Source: Candidatus Eiseniibacteriota bacterium (GTDB taxonomy: Bacteria; Eisenbacteria; RBG-16-71-46; SZUA-252). Taken from it: DNA of 64,000 nucleotides. The notes under the pieces were generated by a model. It had not been told where the DNA came from, did no database searches, and saw only the letters and a list, made by a program, of their open reading frames with translations. Below are positions 21,323 to 31,236 of this stretch, piece after piece (the stretch's first letter is position 1; every line of letters begins with the position of its first letter). The position numbers and the translations under genes were made by a program. Location: the NCBI GenBank assembly GCA_963703225.1, contig OY969801.1, forward strand, positions 2,784,001 through 2,848,000, in the 5' to 3' direction.

Positions 21323-23359
21323 TCACCTGGCCACAATGACCTTCCGCACCTGCACCTGCCCCGCGGCCTCCAGCTTGGCGAAGTAGGTGCCTGACGCGAC
21401 GGGCCGGCCCGAAGCATCCCTTCCCTCCCACGCCACCAAGCGCCAGCCCGACGGCATCGCCTGATCGAATATCGTAACTACCTTTCGACCAGCCACGGTG
21501 TAGATGGCCAGTTTGGCCGTGCCTCCCCTGGGAACAGCAAAGTTCAGGTTCGTCCTCGCTCCGAACGGATTCGGGTACACGGGATCGAGTCGCAACGCGA
21601 GCGGCGCGCCTGCATCGGATGGAACCAAGACCCAAACCTCGTTCGAATAGCCTTGATCTCTCGCAGACTGGACGAAGAGGCGGTACGCGTAGCGCTCCCC
21701 CGGCATCACCGACCGGTCTTCGTAACGGACAAAGCTGCCGCTCTCGGCGTCGGCCAGCCCTAGATCTGCCCAGTCGCTGGCCGCCCTGCGTCGCTGCAAC
21801 GTGCAGACCGTGCTCCGCGCGTCCGGGACGACCCAGCGAAGGCGAACAACCCCTATCTCGGCCTGCACGTCCTGAAGCGCAACGGAGATTGCGGTTGGAA
21901 TGTCCACTGCCAGCACCTGCATGGCGTAGATGTCGAGGTCGACGCCGCTGCGCGTGTCACTCCAGCCCACGATCGCTCCGCCCCCGCCGGTCGCAACGAT
22001 CGCGGGGTCCCCTTGCCCGCTGGGCAGGTTGACCACCGGGAGACCGGTGTCGGGGTACGTGGGATCCAAGGCTCCCGAAGCGACGACATGCTGGGTGACG
22101 ATGTCGAAGCTCTCCTCCCACGCGACGACGGCCCCGCCCGCGCCATCGGGGACGATCACTGCGTGGGTCTGCTGCTGTTCGCTGATGCTTAGCGCCTTCC
22201 CGGCGGGCGGCCAGGCCGGGTCCACGACCCCCGCGGCTGTGATGTGCTGTGCGTACATGCTCAATTTGTTCAATTGGGTCGTGAACGCTTGCCACGTCAC
22301 GATGGCGCCGCCCGCGCCGTCCGGGACGGCGAATGGGCGCGTCTCCAGGTCGCCTGCATTGGAGATGGCCCTGCCGTCCACGAGCCAGGCTGGATCGACC
22401 TCGCCCGAGCCGAGCACGTGCTGCGCGAAGATGTGGTTCTCGTTGGCGACGCGGCCATCGGTCCAAGCGATCACGGCCCCGCCTGCGCCATCCGAGACGA
22501 CCGTCGGGAAGCCCTGATTGCCGGCGGCGGCGCACACGGCGAGGCCGTCTACGGGCCACGCCCGATCCACGACGCCCGACTCCAGGACGTGCTGCGCGAA
22601 GACGTCGAAGTTGTTCACGTCGCGTGCGTCCTGCCACGTGATGATCGCGCCACCCGCGCCGTCCTCCACGATGACGGGGAATTCCTGGTTCCCAGGCGCG
22701 CTGCACACGGCAATGCCGTTCACGGGCCACCGGAGATCCACGAGGCCCGACGCCAAGATGTGCTGTGCGTAGATGTCCGCCGCACTCGCCCCCGGCCGGC
22801 CGTCGAGCCACGTGACGATCGCTCCACCCGCGCCGTCCGCAATCATGGTCAGTTTGTTCTGAACGCCCTCGATCTCGCAGAGCGCCGTCCCATTGGCCTT
22901 CCAGTCGGGATCCACCTCACCCGATGCCAGCACGTGCTGCGCGAAGATGTCCGTATCGGTCGCGGCGCTGCGTAGATCCTGCCAGGCGACGATGGCTCCC
23001 CCCGCGGCATCCGAGACGATCACCGGAGACGTCTGCCCTCCGTCCGCGGTCCCCATCGCGAGCGAGTCGGTCAACAGCGCCTGCCCGTTGTTGGGCCACG
23101 CGGCATCCACTTCCCCCGAGGCCAGCACGTGCTGGGCAAAGATATTGACCCTAGGGCTGCGCAGATCCTGCCACGTGATGATCGCCCCGTCGGCGCCGTC
23201 CGTCGCGATTGAGGCGTGCTGCTGGCCGTTGACCGCGGTGCTAATGGCGCGGCCGAACTGCGGCCAGTCGGCCGAGGCGAGGGGTGGGACTGCGAACGAG
23301 CAAATCGCGACCCCGGCGATCACGAGTGGAACGAAAGTGGAACGCGATCCGATACTCAT
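21323..23359 (-). CDS. Secreted repeat (beta-propeller-like) protein with FlgD-Ig/T9SS-like C-terminal module
   Basis: About 8 repeats DGAGGAIVxWxD...IFAQHVLASGxVDxxWP; C-terminal module shared with 13740, 33479 and 38576. Confidence 0.85.
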   Translation of the reverse strand: MSIGSRSTFVPLVIAGVAICSFAVPPLASADWPQFGRAISTAVNGQQHASIATDGADGAIITWQDLRSPRVNIFAQHVLASGEVDAAWPNNGQALLTDSLAMGTADGGQTSPVIVSDAAGGAIVAWQDLRSAATDTDIFAQHVLASGEVDPDWKANGTALCEIEGVQNKLTMIADGAGGAIVTWLDGRPGASAADIYAQHILASGLVDLRWPVNGIAVCSAPGNQEFPVIVEDGAGGAIITWQDARDVNNFDVFAQHVLESGVVDRAWPVDGLAVCAAAGNQGFPTVVSDGAGGAVIAWTDGRVANENHIFAQHVLGSGEVDPAWLVDGRAISNAGDLETRPFAVPDGAGGAIVTWQAFTTQLNKLSMYAQHITAAGVVDPAWPPAGKALSISEQQQTHAVIVPDGAGGAVVAWEESFDIVTQHVVASGALDPTYPDTGLPVVNLPSGQGDPAIVATGGGGAIVGWSDTRSGVDLDIYAMQVLAVDIPTAISVALQDVQAEIGVVRLRWVVPDARSTVCTLQRRRAASDWADLGLADAESGSFVRYEDRSVMPGERYAYRLFVQSARDQGYSNEVWVLVPSDAGAPLALRLDPVYPNPFGARTNLNFAVPRGGTAKLAIYTVAGRKVVTIFDQAMPSGWRLVAWEGRDASGRPVASGTYFAKLEAAGQVQVRKVIVAR

Positions 23360-23408
23360 GGCGAAATTCCCTCCCTTCGTTGACGCCACCGGGGGGAAAG
23401 GAGCATGG

Positions 23409-23440
23409 AGTATACGCCTTAGGGAAGCGCTACACATTGC
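23409..23440 (-). promoter_or_regulatory. Putative promoter shared by FlgD-tailed genes (copy 2)
   Basis: Minus strand GCAATGTGTAGCGCTTCCCTAAGGCGTATACT, with a TATACT -10-like box. Confidence 0.5.
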
Positions 23441-23512
23441 CTGGCGCCCCGAAGGTAACCCAGCACGAAGTCGCGCTGGTCGTCTCGCAGCGACCTCTTT
23501 TGTTTGATCGCG

Positions 23513-24418
23513 CTAGGCACCGAGGTCGGCGCCGCCCCCGGCTGCAAACGACAAGGTGAGACGGTGCAGGTCCACAAGACCCTGTTCGTCTAAGCAAGGC
23601 CCAATGTAGCCGCCCGCCAACACGAATGCGATCGGCAACCTCCGATTCCTGCACCATTCGAATACTGTTCGCTCTCGATCGCATAACACTTCGCGAGTGA
23701 TACCCTGCTTGCCACCTGTCGGGCAGTTTTCAAACGGGTCCATGCCGGCGTTGTACAGGCATAGGCCGAAGTGAAGCCCTTTGCGGTCCGCCTCGTCCAA
23801 TCTGCGTCGGACAGTCGATAGGTAATCTCCGCTTTCCCCGATGATATCCAGCTGGATTCTGTCGGAACTCAAATAGCTGTCATAGTTGCTCACCGAGACG
23901 TCAATCTGCCAGATGCCAGGCTCCTCTCTAATGAGGGAGGCAGTCCCTCCGCCGCAATGAGCATCGAGATCTAGGATCAGCACCGATTGCACTCCAGCCG
24001 CGAGAACTTCGCGAGCCGCAATCACCAAACCGTTGAAGGTACAGAAACCAGCTCCGCTCCCGCAGCGAGCGTGGTGGAGACCGCTGGAAAGGGAACCCGC
24101 CACTCCGTTCTCGAGTGCGGCAAGTCCCGCCGCGACGACTCCACCGTTGGACCCAAGGACCATTGGCCACAGCCCACCGTCCCACGAGAAGCCTTGCGAC
24201 TCGGCCAAGCTCCGAGGAACCCCCGTCTCGACTGCCCGGATGTAGCCAGCGTCATGGACCTTGGCCACCTGATCCCGGGTAAGCGGGTTGGGTTCGAGCA
24301 GCTCGATACCCGGTATGGGAGAATCCGACAAAGACCTGGCGATCCATTCGGACTTCCGGGTCGTATCGAATCCATGTCGCGAACCGACATACATTGGGCT
24401 GTAGTAAACACGTACCAT
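23513..24418 (-). CDS. Histone-deacetylase-family protein
   Basis: GLHHA, GAGFCTFN, LDLDAHCGGGT, YNAGMDP, LAGGY. Confidence 0.88.
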   Translation of the reverse strand: MVRVYYSPMYVGSRHGFDTTRKSEWIARSLSDSPIPGIELLEPNPLTRDQVAKVHDAGYIRAVETGVPRSLAESQGFSWDGGLWPMVLGSNGGVVAAGLAALENGVAGSLSSGLHHARCGSGAGFCTFNGLVIAAREVLAAGVQSVLILDLDAHCGGGTASLIREEPGIWQIDVSVSNYDSYLSSDRIQLDIIGESGDYLSTVRRRLDEADRKGLHFGLCLYNAGMDPFENCPTGGKQGITREVLCDRERTVFEWCRNRRLPIAFVLAGGYIGPCLDEQGLVDLHRLTLSFAAGGGADLGA

Positions 24419-24476
24419 ATCGGGAGTAGCCCGGCCGCTCCACCTGCTCACCGAAGAGAGCGGTTGCTCGAGACGA

Positions 24477-25298
24477 TTAGCTGGTCACCGTGACGCGCAA
24501 GAAGGTTGCGGGGATCGTCGTGCCACTCGCGCTCGTGTTCTGACGGGTGAACAGATCCTCCAAGTCTGCTTGCAAGCTCGTCGCACGCCCGGCCTTCTCG
24601 GCGGCTTCAAAGGCGTTCATCGTCGGCCCGTAAAACGCTCTGAATTCACTGACAAACTGAGCGGGTGATCCACCAAAGCGGAACGTAAACGTATCCCGGA
24701 CGAATGACACCCTCTCCGCCGGGATCCCTGCGGCGCCGAACCGCTCGATGACGTTGCTCTCAAGGCCCCATGTCATCGGGCTCACAAACCCCTCAGGGGG
24801 AGGGGGTGTATAGGCGGAGCTGATTTTTAGGATCTGCGCGACGAGCGTAGGGTCATTTGGGATCCAGTTCCCCATAACGATCTGGCCCCCTGGGCGCGTC
24901 ACCCGCACCATCTCCTTGGCGACGTCGAACGGTCTCGGGGCGAACATAGCGCCAAAGATACTGACAACGAGGTCAAATGCCTGATTGGGAATCGGCTGTA
25001 GATTTGTGGCATCGCCTTGTTGAAACCTGCAGTTTGTTAAGCCGAACTCCGCGGCGCGCCGGTTTCCAGCCTCCACCAGATTCCGCGCGATATCCACGCC
25101 AAGGACTTCCGCACCCGCCTTCGCGGCGGGTACGGCGGTAGTCCCATCACCGGAGCCGAGATCGAGAACCTTGAGTCCACTGCTGACGCCGATTCGTTGC
25201 ATGAGAGCCTCGCCGCTCTCACGCATGGTCTCCGCAATACGGGTGAAATCTCCCTTTTCCCAAAGGGCCTGGTTCGGATTAGCCGTTACGGTAGTCAT
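24477..25298 (-). CDS. Class I SAM-dependent methyltransferase
   Basis: VLDLGSGDG, GVDIA, GDA, SIFGAMFAP, RPGG. Confidence 0.9.
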   Translation of the reverse strand: MTTVTANPNQALWEKGDFTRIAETMRESGEALMQRIGVSSGLKVLDLGSGDGTTAVPAAKAGAEVLGVDIARNLVEAGNRRAAEFGLTNCRFQQGDATNLQPIPNQAFDLVVSIFGAMFAPRPFDVAKEMVRVTRPGGQIVMGNWIPNDPTLVAQILKISSAYTPPPPEGFVSPMTWGLESNVIERFGAAGIPAERVSFVRDTFTFRFGGSPAQFVSEFRAFYGPTMNAFEAAEKAGRATSLQADLEDLFTRQNTSASGTTIPATFLRVTVTS

Positions 25299-25376
25299 GA
25301 TGTTGGTCCCTTTCGCTTTGTGCCACCGGTCTAACGGGCCGCTTTACCCCAATGTCGCCCGATGGCCGGGTCGCGG

Positions 25377-25600
25377 TCATTTCCGACGTATCAGCTCAAC
25401 CCCGCAGCGTGGACACTGCAGGCCGAAGGGGTAGAGAGCCGTCTTGATCGGCGCCTCGCACCGCGGGCACCTAGAGTAAGCGTACGCCAGATAGAGCCCG
25501 CGAGCGACGCCAACAGCCAGCGCGGCGAAGCCGACCAGTCCGACCGCGGGCTGCCTTCGGACCACCGCGAACACCGAAAAGACCACCTCACCCCAGTCGC
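25377..25600 (-). CDS. Small membrane protein or fragment with a CxxC..CxxC zinc ribbon (start uncertain)
   Basis: Hydrophobic segment followed by CPRC...CPRC. Confidence 0.35.
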
Positions 25601-25735
25601 CGGTCCCGGGGAGTGCCTTGACAGGAGCGCGGCCCGTTGGGACTCTGGCTCCGGGAAACGGCTCAGGTTCCGAACCGAAACGTCCCCAGGAGCGGTTGCC
25701 GCTCGCGCCGGCCTGGTTACGGGAGGGGAACAAGG

Positions 25736-27445
25736 ATGCGATCATCGCACATCACCGCGCTGGCGCTCGTGCTGGCGGCGACCCTCGCCGCGGCGGCGCC
25801 GCGGACACTCCAAGCTCCTGATTCGGCTCAATCGGTCGCGACGCGGGTGACAGAGCTGCTCGCGCCCATCATGGTCGCGAGACAGGCCAGGGATTCGCTC
25901 TCGGGGCTCGCCGACAGGGCTACCGGCGAGCAGAGCGCGCTCTTGGAGGAGCGGGTGTGGCAGCGGCAGGTGGAGCTGATAGCGGGCATTCTGAGCGCGG
26001 CCGGCGAATTGGAGCGGATTCGCAAGAATGGCGGAGATCTGTCGGCCGCGAAGCCCGTGGTGGAACAGGCGGTTCGGTCGGGGTGGCCGCGATACCTCCG
26101 CCAGCTCGAGCGACGCGAGATCCTCATGCAGGCGCTGTTCGAGAAGCGCGACGACGCGACCGGCTCGCAGCGGCTAGCTGTCGAATCGGAGATCACGGAG
26201 CAATCCGAACGTACAATCCGAATGTACCGCGACCTGGTCGCCGCGCTCTTGGTGGTCGAGCGACTGGGCGTCGACGTCGGGAAGCAACGATCCTACCTCG
26301 TCGAGGGGGTGCTGGCTGCGTCCGAGCAGACGAAGGCGCGCATGACCGTGCTCGGACGCGAGCAAGCCATTGCGGCCGCCCGCGTCCAGCGCGCCCCCGA
26401 CGATCTCGCTGCGCGGACGGAGCTCGACGCGATCGACGCGGGGTGCAGTCGCGCCGCGGGCGCCCTCGAGGCAGAGATCGCCCTCCTCGGGCAGTTGGGG
26501 CACGACGCCACAGAACTCAAGGTGACCCTCATCCTCCGCACGGGCAAGCTCACCGCGGCGATCGTCGAGCCCCGCGTGATCGCGGGGCTCGTCGCCCACT
26601 GGCGGAAGCAAGTCAAAGAGGATTTCGCCACTCATGGAGCCCACTGGCTTTTGAGGGCTCTCGCAATCGCTCTAACCCTCGTCGGGTTTCGCCTCCTCGC
26701 GCGCCTGGCCCGATACCTGATGCGACGCGGGGTCGCGCGCGCGGGCGTCTCGCAGCTCCTGAAAGATGCGGCTGTCGGCTGGGTCTCCAAGCTCGTCATG
26801 GCGGTGGGAATCATCGTCGTGCTTCGGCAACTCGGCCTTGAGCTTGGCCCTATGTTCGCCGGGCTCGGCATCGCGGGCGTCGTCTTGGGCTTCGCCCTGC
26901 AGGACACTCTCGCCAACTTCGCGGCCGGAGCCATGATCCTCGCCTACCGCCCCTACGACATCGGCGACATCATCGAGGCCGCCGGAGCGATGGGCACCGT
27001 GAGGAAGATGAGCCTCGTGTCTACGACCGTCCTCACCCTCGACAATCAGACCCTCGTCGTCCCGAACAAGAAGATGTGGGGAGACGTGATCCGCAACATC
27101 ACCGCCCAGGACAAGCGCAGGGTCGATATGACCTTCTCGGCGGGTTACGAGACCGACGTCGCGTCGGTCGAGGCGCTGCTGAAGGAAATCGTGGACGGCA
27201 ATGAGCGGGTGCTGAAGGAGCCCGCCTCGGTGATCAAGCTCCACCAGCTGGCGGATTCATCCGTGAATTACGTCGTGCGGGTTTGGACGCGTCAGGGCGA
27301 CTACTGGGACGTCTACTGGGACATCACGCGGGCCGTGAAGCTCCGCTTCGACGAGGCGGGGATCAAGATCCCTTACCCGCAGCGCGAGCTGCACGTGAGC
27401 GGGCCCGGAGATCGGGTTGGCGACGGGCCGCCGAAGCGTCCGTGA
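25736..27445 (+). CDS. MscS-family mechanosensitive channel with N-terminal periplasmic helical region
   Basis: GFALQDTLANFAAG, RPYDIGD, VPNK, FDEAGIKIPYPQR. Confidence 0.9.
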   Translation: MRSSHITALALVLAATLAAAAPRTLQAPDSAQSVATRVTELLAPIMVARQARDSLSGLADRATGEQSALLEERVWQRQVELIAGILSAAGELERIRKNGGDLSAAKPVVEQAVRSGWPRYLRQLERREILMQALFEKRDDATGSQRLAVESEITEQSERTIRMYRDLVAALLVVERLGVDVGKQRSYLVEGVLAASEQTKARMTVLGREQAIAAARVQRAPDDLAARTELDAIDAGCSRAAGALEAEIALLGQLGHDATELKVTLILRTGKLTAAIVEPRVIAGLVAHWRKQVKEDFATHGAHWLLRALAIALTLVGFRLLARLARYLMRRGVARAGVSQLLKDAAVGWVSKLVMAVGIIVVLRQLGLELGPMFAGLGIAGVVLGFALQDTLANFAAGAMILAYRPYDIGDIIEAAGAMGTVRKMSLVSTTVLTLDNQTLVVPNKKMWGDVIRNITAQDKRRVDMTFSAGYETDVASVEALLKEIVDGNERVLKEPASVIKLHQLADSSVNYVVRVWTRQGDYWDVYWDITRAVKLRFDEAGIKIPYPQRELHVSGPGDRVGDGPPKRP

Positions 27446-27554
27446 GTCGCGCCGAGCAGAGCCCTGTAGGTCCTTGCGCGCGTCGTGCGTTGGGCGCAGA
27501 ATCCATCTCAAACGCTCCACAACCCCAAGACCGTCGTAGGAGGGATGGATCAAC

Positions 27555-30131
27555 GTGCTCGATGATCGGGATGTCGCCGCGCGAATTCGCCCGTTAGCTT
27601 TTGCCATAACGCTGTGTCTGTTGGCCTTTCTTGCGGCGCCCAAGGTGGGCGCACAGAGCCCTATCGGGGACTCCACCGCGGTAGCGCCGGCTCCCCCGCC
27701 CGAGGCGACGCCCGTTCCGCCCGGGACGGCGCCGGCTCCGACCGAGACGTCGCCGACCGTGTCGACGCCGGCACCGGATGCGGTGCAGCCGCAGGCAGCG
27801 CCCGCGTCCCCCGCGGCAACAGCGCCCGCGGCAGCGGCCCCCACGTCCCCCGCCCCGGCAGCCGCACCCGCCGCCACCGCTGCGGCCAACGATACGACGC
27901 CACCGCCCGACGGCGGGTGGCCGCGCGCGATCCAGACCGCGACCGGCGGAATGATCATCCTCTACCAGCCGCAGGTCCTGAGCTGGGAAGGACAGCGGCG
28001 GATGGTCGCGATGCAGGCCGTCTCCTACACGCCCCAGGGCGCCAAATCACCGGCGTTGGGATCGATCCGGCTGGAATCCCCGACCTCGACGTCCATCGAG
28101 GAACGGATGGTCAATTTCCAGAAGGTCGAGGTCACGTCGACGCGGTTCCCTTCCCTCCAGAAGGAGCAGACGAGGGAAGTGCTGGACGAGATCCGGAAAT
28201 CGCTTCCGGAGGAAAACGTGCTTATATCCTTGGACCGCATTTTAGCTGCGGTCGATACCTCGCAGATCACCGCCAAAGGAATCAAGGTCAACACCGAGCC
28301 GCCGCCGATCTTCTACAGCAAGAAGCCGGCGATCCTGGTCCAATTCGACGGCGATCCGATCATGAATCCGATCACGGGGACGGGACTCTCGTACGCCGTG
28401 AACACCAATTGGGACGTCTTCCTCGACACCGGCACCAAGATTCACTATCTCCGGAAGGACGCGTACTGGCTCCAGACCAAGGACATGAAGAAGTGGGAGG
28501 TGGTGAAGAAGCTCCCGCCCGATTTCGATAAGCTGGCCTCGGATGCCAACTGGAGCGAGGTCAAGGCGCAGATCCCGGCCAAGAAGCCCAAGGAATCGGT
28601 GCCGGTCGTCTTCGTGAGCTACAAACCTGGCGAGCTGATTCTGATGGACGGCTCCCCCGATTACGAGAAGGTCGAAGGCACGAAGCTCCTCTGGATAACG
28701 AACACGGAGACCGATCTCTTCCGGATGGACCAGAAACCGAAGGATTTCTACGTGCTTCTATCCGGGCGGTGGTTCCGGACCCCGAATCTGGAGAAGGGTC
28801 CATGGACATTCGCCTCGACCGACCTGCCGCCGGATTTCGCCAAGATCCCCAAGGGCCACGACCGGGCTCGCGTGCTGTCGTCGGTTCCCGGGACCGAGGA
28901 GGCATCCACCGCGATCCTCCTCGCGCAAGTGCCGCGCACGGCGCGCGTCGAGGCTAAGGCGCTCAAAGCGCCCGACGTCAAGTACGACGGAGAGCCTAAG
29001 TTCAAGGCCATCGACGGGGCGAAGGGGGTCTCCTATGCGGAGAACACTGCGTATGACGTTCTCAAGACCGGCGACTCCTACTATCTCTGCTACCAAGCGG
29101 TCTGGTTCCGCTCCAAGACGCCGACGGGTCCCTGGGAGGTGACGACCTCGATTCCCGAGGAGATCTACTCCATCCCCGCCGACTCGCCGGCCCACCATGT
29201 CACGTACGTCACCGTCGTGGACGACGACGCCGAATATCCGACCTACGGTTACACAGCGGGATATGTGGGTGTCTCGGTCGCCTTCGGCTGCGCCATGTGG
29301 GGCACGGGCTGGTACTACCCGCCCTACTACCACGGCGGCATCTACTACCCGCGGCCGGTGGCGTACGGCGGCGGCGCGGTCTACAACCCATGGACCGGGG
29401 CCTACGGCTGCTACCAGGCCGCCTACGGTCCGTACGGCGGCGTCGCACGCGGCGCCGCGTACAACCCAAACACAGGAACCTACGCCCGAGGAGCGATGGC
29501 CTGGGGTCCTACGGGCGCATCGGGCTATGCGGCAGCCTATAACCCGCGGACGGGCACCTCTGCCGCCACACGACAAGGGAGCAACGTCTACGGAAGCTGG
29601 GGATCAACGAGCGTTCAGCGGGGAGATGACTGGGTACGATCGCAGCGAGTGACCGACGCGCAGGGCAACACGCGCTGGAAGGCACAGGGAAGCGGGGGCG
29701 GGTCGGCCGCCGGTTTCCGCGGCGAGCAGGGCAGCGGGTTCGTGGGCAAGAAGGGGGACGACGTCTACGCAGGGCGCGACGGGAACGTCTATCGAAAGTC
29801 GGATGGCGGCTGGCAGAAATACGAGCAGGGTGGGGGCTGGTCGGATGTCAATCGTGGCGAGCGACCCAGCACCCAGCCCTCCGGAGGGGGGGACCGCCCG
29901 GGGCAGCAGCCGTCGACCCAGCCTTCCCAGAGGCCAAGCGGTGGCGAGGCGAGCCAGCTTGACCGCGAAGCGCGCGCGCGTGACCAGGGAAACCAGCGCA
30001 CGCAGGATTACGGCAACTACCAGCGGGGCGGGGGCTCGTCCGGGGGCGGCTCCTACAGCGGCGGCTCGCGCAGCGGCGGGTCACGGGGCGGCGGTGGGCG
30101 CGGGGGCGGGGGCGGCGGCCGCAGGCGTTGA
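27555..30131 (+). CDS. Large secreted hypothetical protein with Pro/Ala-rich N-terminus and Gly/Tyr-rich C-terminus
   Basis: WPR, YQPQ, VNTNWD, SGRWF, YNPxTG repeats, VYAGRDGNVYRK; long ORF. Confidence 0.7.
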   Translation: MLDDRDVAARIRPLAFAITLCLLAFLAAPKVGAQSPIGDSTAVAPAPPPEATPVPPGTAPAPTETSPTVSTPAPDAVQPQAAPASPAATAPAAAAPTSPAPAAAPAATAAANDTTPPPDGGWPRAIQTATGGMIILYQPQVLSWEGQRRMVAMQAVSYTPQGAKSPALGSIRLESPTSTSIEERMVNFQKVEVTSTRFPSLQKEQTREVLDEIRKSLPEENVLISLDRILAAVDTSQITAKGIKVNTEPPPIFYSKKPAILVQFDGDPIMNPITGTGLSYAVNTNWDVFLDTGTKIHYLRKDAYWLQTKDMKKWEVVKKLPPDFDKLASDANWSEVKAQIPAKKPKESVPVVFVSYKPGELILMDGSPDYEKVEGTKLLWITNTETDLFRMDQKPKDFYVLLSGRWFRTPNLEKGPWTFASTDLPPDFAKIPKGHDRARVLSSVPGTEEASTAILLAQVPRTARVEAKALKAPDVKYDGEPKFKAIDGAKGVSYAENTAYDVLKTGDSYYLCYQAVWFRSKTPTGPWEVTTSIPEEIYSIPADSPAHHVTYVTVVDDDAEYPTYGYTAGYVGVSVAFGCAMWGTGWYYPPYYHGGIYYPRPVAYGGGAVYNPWTGAYGCYQAAYGPYGGVARGAAYNPNTGTYARGAMAWGPTGASGYAAAYNPRTGTSAATRQGSNVYGSWGSTSVQRGDDWVRSQRVTDAQGNTRWKAQGSGGGSAAGFRGEQGSGFVGKKGDDVYAGRDGNVYRKSDGGWQKYEQGGGWSDVNRGERPSTQPSGGGDRPGQQPSTQPSQRPSGGEASQLDREARARDQGNQRTQDYGNYQRGGGSSGGGSYSGGSRSGGSRGGGGRGGGGGGRRR

Positions 30132-30184
30132 GCGGCGCTCGCGCGAGAAGCTAGCGGAGGCCGCGCCGGCGCGCCGCGTTGCAA

Positions 30185-30454
30185 TCACGAGCACGGGGCC
30201 ACAAGCTTGCCAACGTTCGCAGTGCGAACTCGAGGGTTGTCGAGCCACCTCTGCGTGCTCTGATGCGCCTTTTCAAGGGCCGCATACAGCGAGGCATGAT
30301 CGGGCAAGTCTACGACCGTGACCCACCCCTGCTTGGGGTCCTGCGTATCCCAGAACGGGTAGTAGGCCCGGATCGTCCCCGGATGTTTATCGGCTGAGGA
30401 CTCCCGCCCGGCGCGACGAAGCTGGTCTGAGGTCACCGTGCTGGTTGTGGACAT
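30185..30454 (-). CDS. Small hypothetical protein
   Basis: GAGGAG RBS before ATG; ~89 aa. Confidence 0.35.
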   Translation of the reverse strand: MSTTSTVTSDQLRRAGRESSADKHPGTIRAYYPFWDTQDPKQGWVTVVDLPDHASLYAALEKAHQSTQRWLDNPRVRTANVGKLVAPCS

Positions 30455-30494
30455 TACTTCTCCTCGTTCGATGCTTTTGGCGTGGCGCTCGAAA

Positions 30495-30941
30495 TCACTC
30501 AGGAGGCTGCGGAGCCTGACTCCGTCCCACCCGCCGCTGCCGATGAGCCCGCTCCACCTGCGGCGTCTTGAGCCAGACGATGGCCTCCTCGACTGTTCGG
30601 AACACGGAGACCTTCTTTGTGCTCCTGGTGTCGAGCTTCCGGAAGACCTCATACATGCGCGCGATGCCGAACGTGACGAGGTCGTTCGCCACAATTGCCA
30701 GCCTCGACGGCTCGCACACGTCCATCGCCGCTGAGAGCCTCGCCAGCTCCCGGAGCCGCTCCGTAGATGGGACATCGATCTGCCGGACGTCCGTCACGTC
30801 GACCAGCTCATCGTAGCCCGCCACCCTTGGGAGCGACCAGACGCTCTGCTTGTACTCGAAGACTTCCTGGTCGCTCAGCGTCCCGTGGCCGGTGGCGGTG
30901 ACTAGGCGATGTTCATCGTCGATCTGATATCGGAGAGGCAT
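30495..30941 (-). CDS. STAS/SpoIIAA-like small hypothetical protein
   Basis: ELVD...RLAIVA...FGIARMYE...VFRTVEEAIVWL pattern. Confidence 0.6.
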   Translation of the reverse strand: MPLRYQIDDEHRLVTATGHGTLSDQEVFEYKQSVWSLPRVAGYDELVDVTDVRQIDVPSTERLRELARLSAAMDVCEPSRLAIVANDLVTFGIARMYEVFRKLDTRSTKKVSVFRTVEEAIVWLKTPQVERAHRQRRVGRSQAPQPPE

Positions 30942-31236
30942 CTGTTCCTACCGAATCTCTCGGGGGCGACGAAGCCGGGCGGACCGCGCCTCCAGTGTAC
31001 CTCTCCCCACCGATCGTTGCTAACCCGTTGGGAGATAAGGTGCAGATTTCACGGCCCTTCGGTCCCAGGCGATGGATTTCCCCGGGTGCAAGGAAGGGGC
31101 CCTCGGAATGCCACCAACGCACCTGTACGCGGAGCTTGGATCGAAGTCGGGAAAGGGGTAGACTGTGGTGTCTACGAACCCTTCCACGGAGGGACAGAGA
31201 GGTCGCGATCAGCGACCAATTCGTGGGGAGGAACGA

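Noticed and set aside
25329..25376. attC-like site (GTTAGAC on the minus strand just before the methyltransferase start)
   Set aside because: No matching inverse core site or palindrome found upstream.
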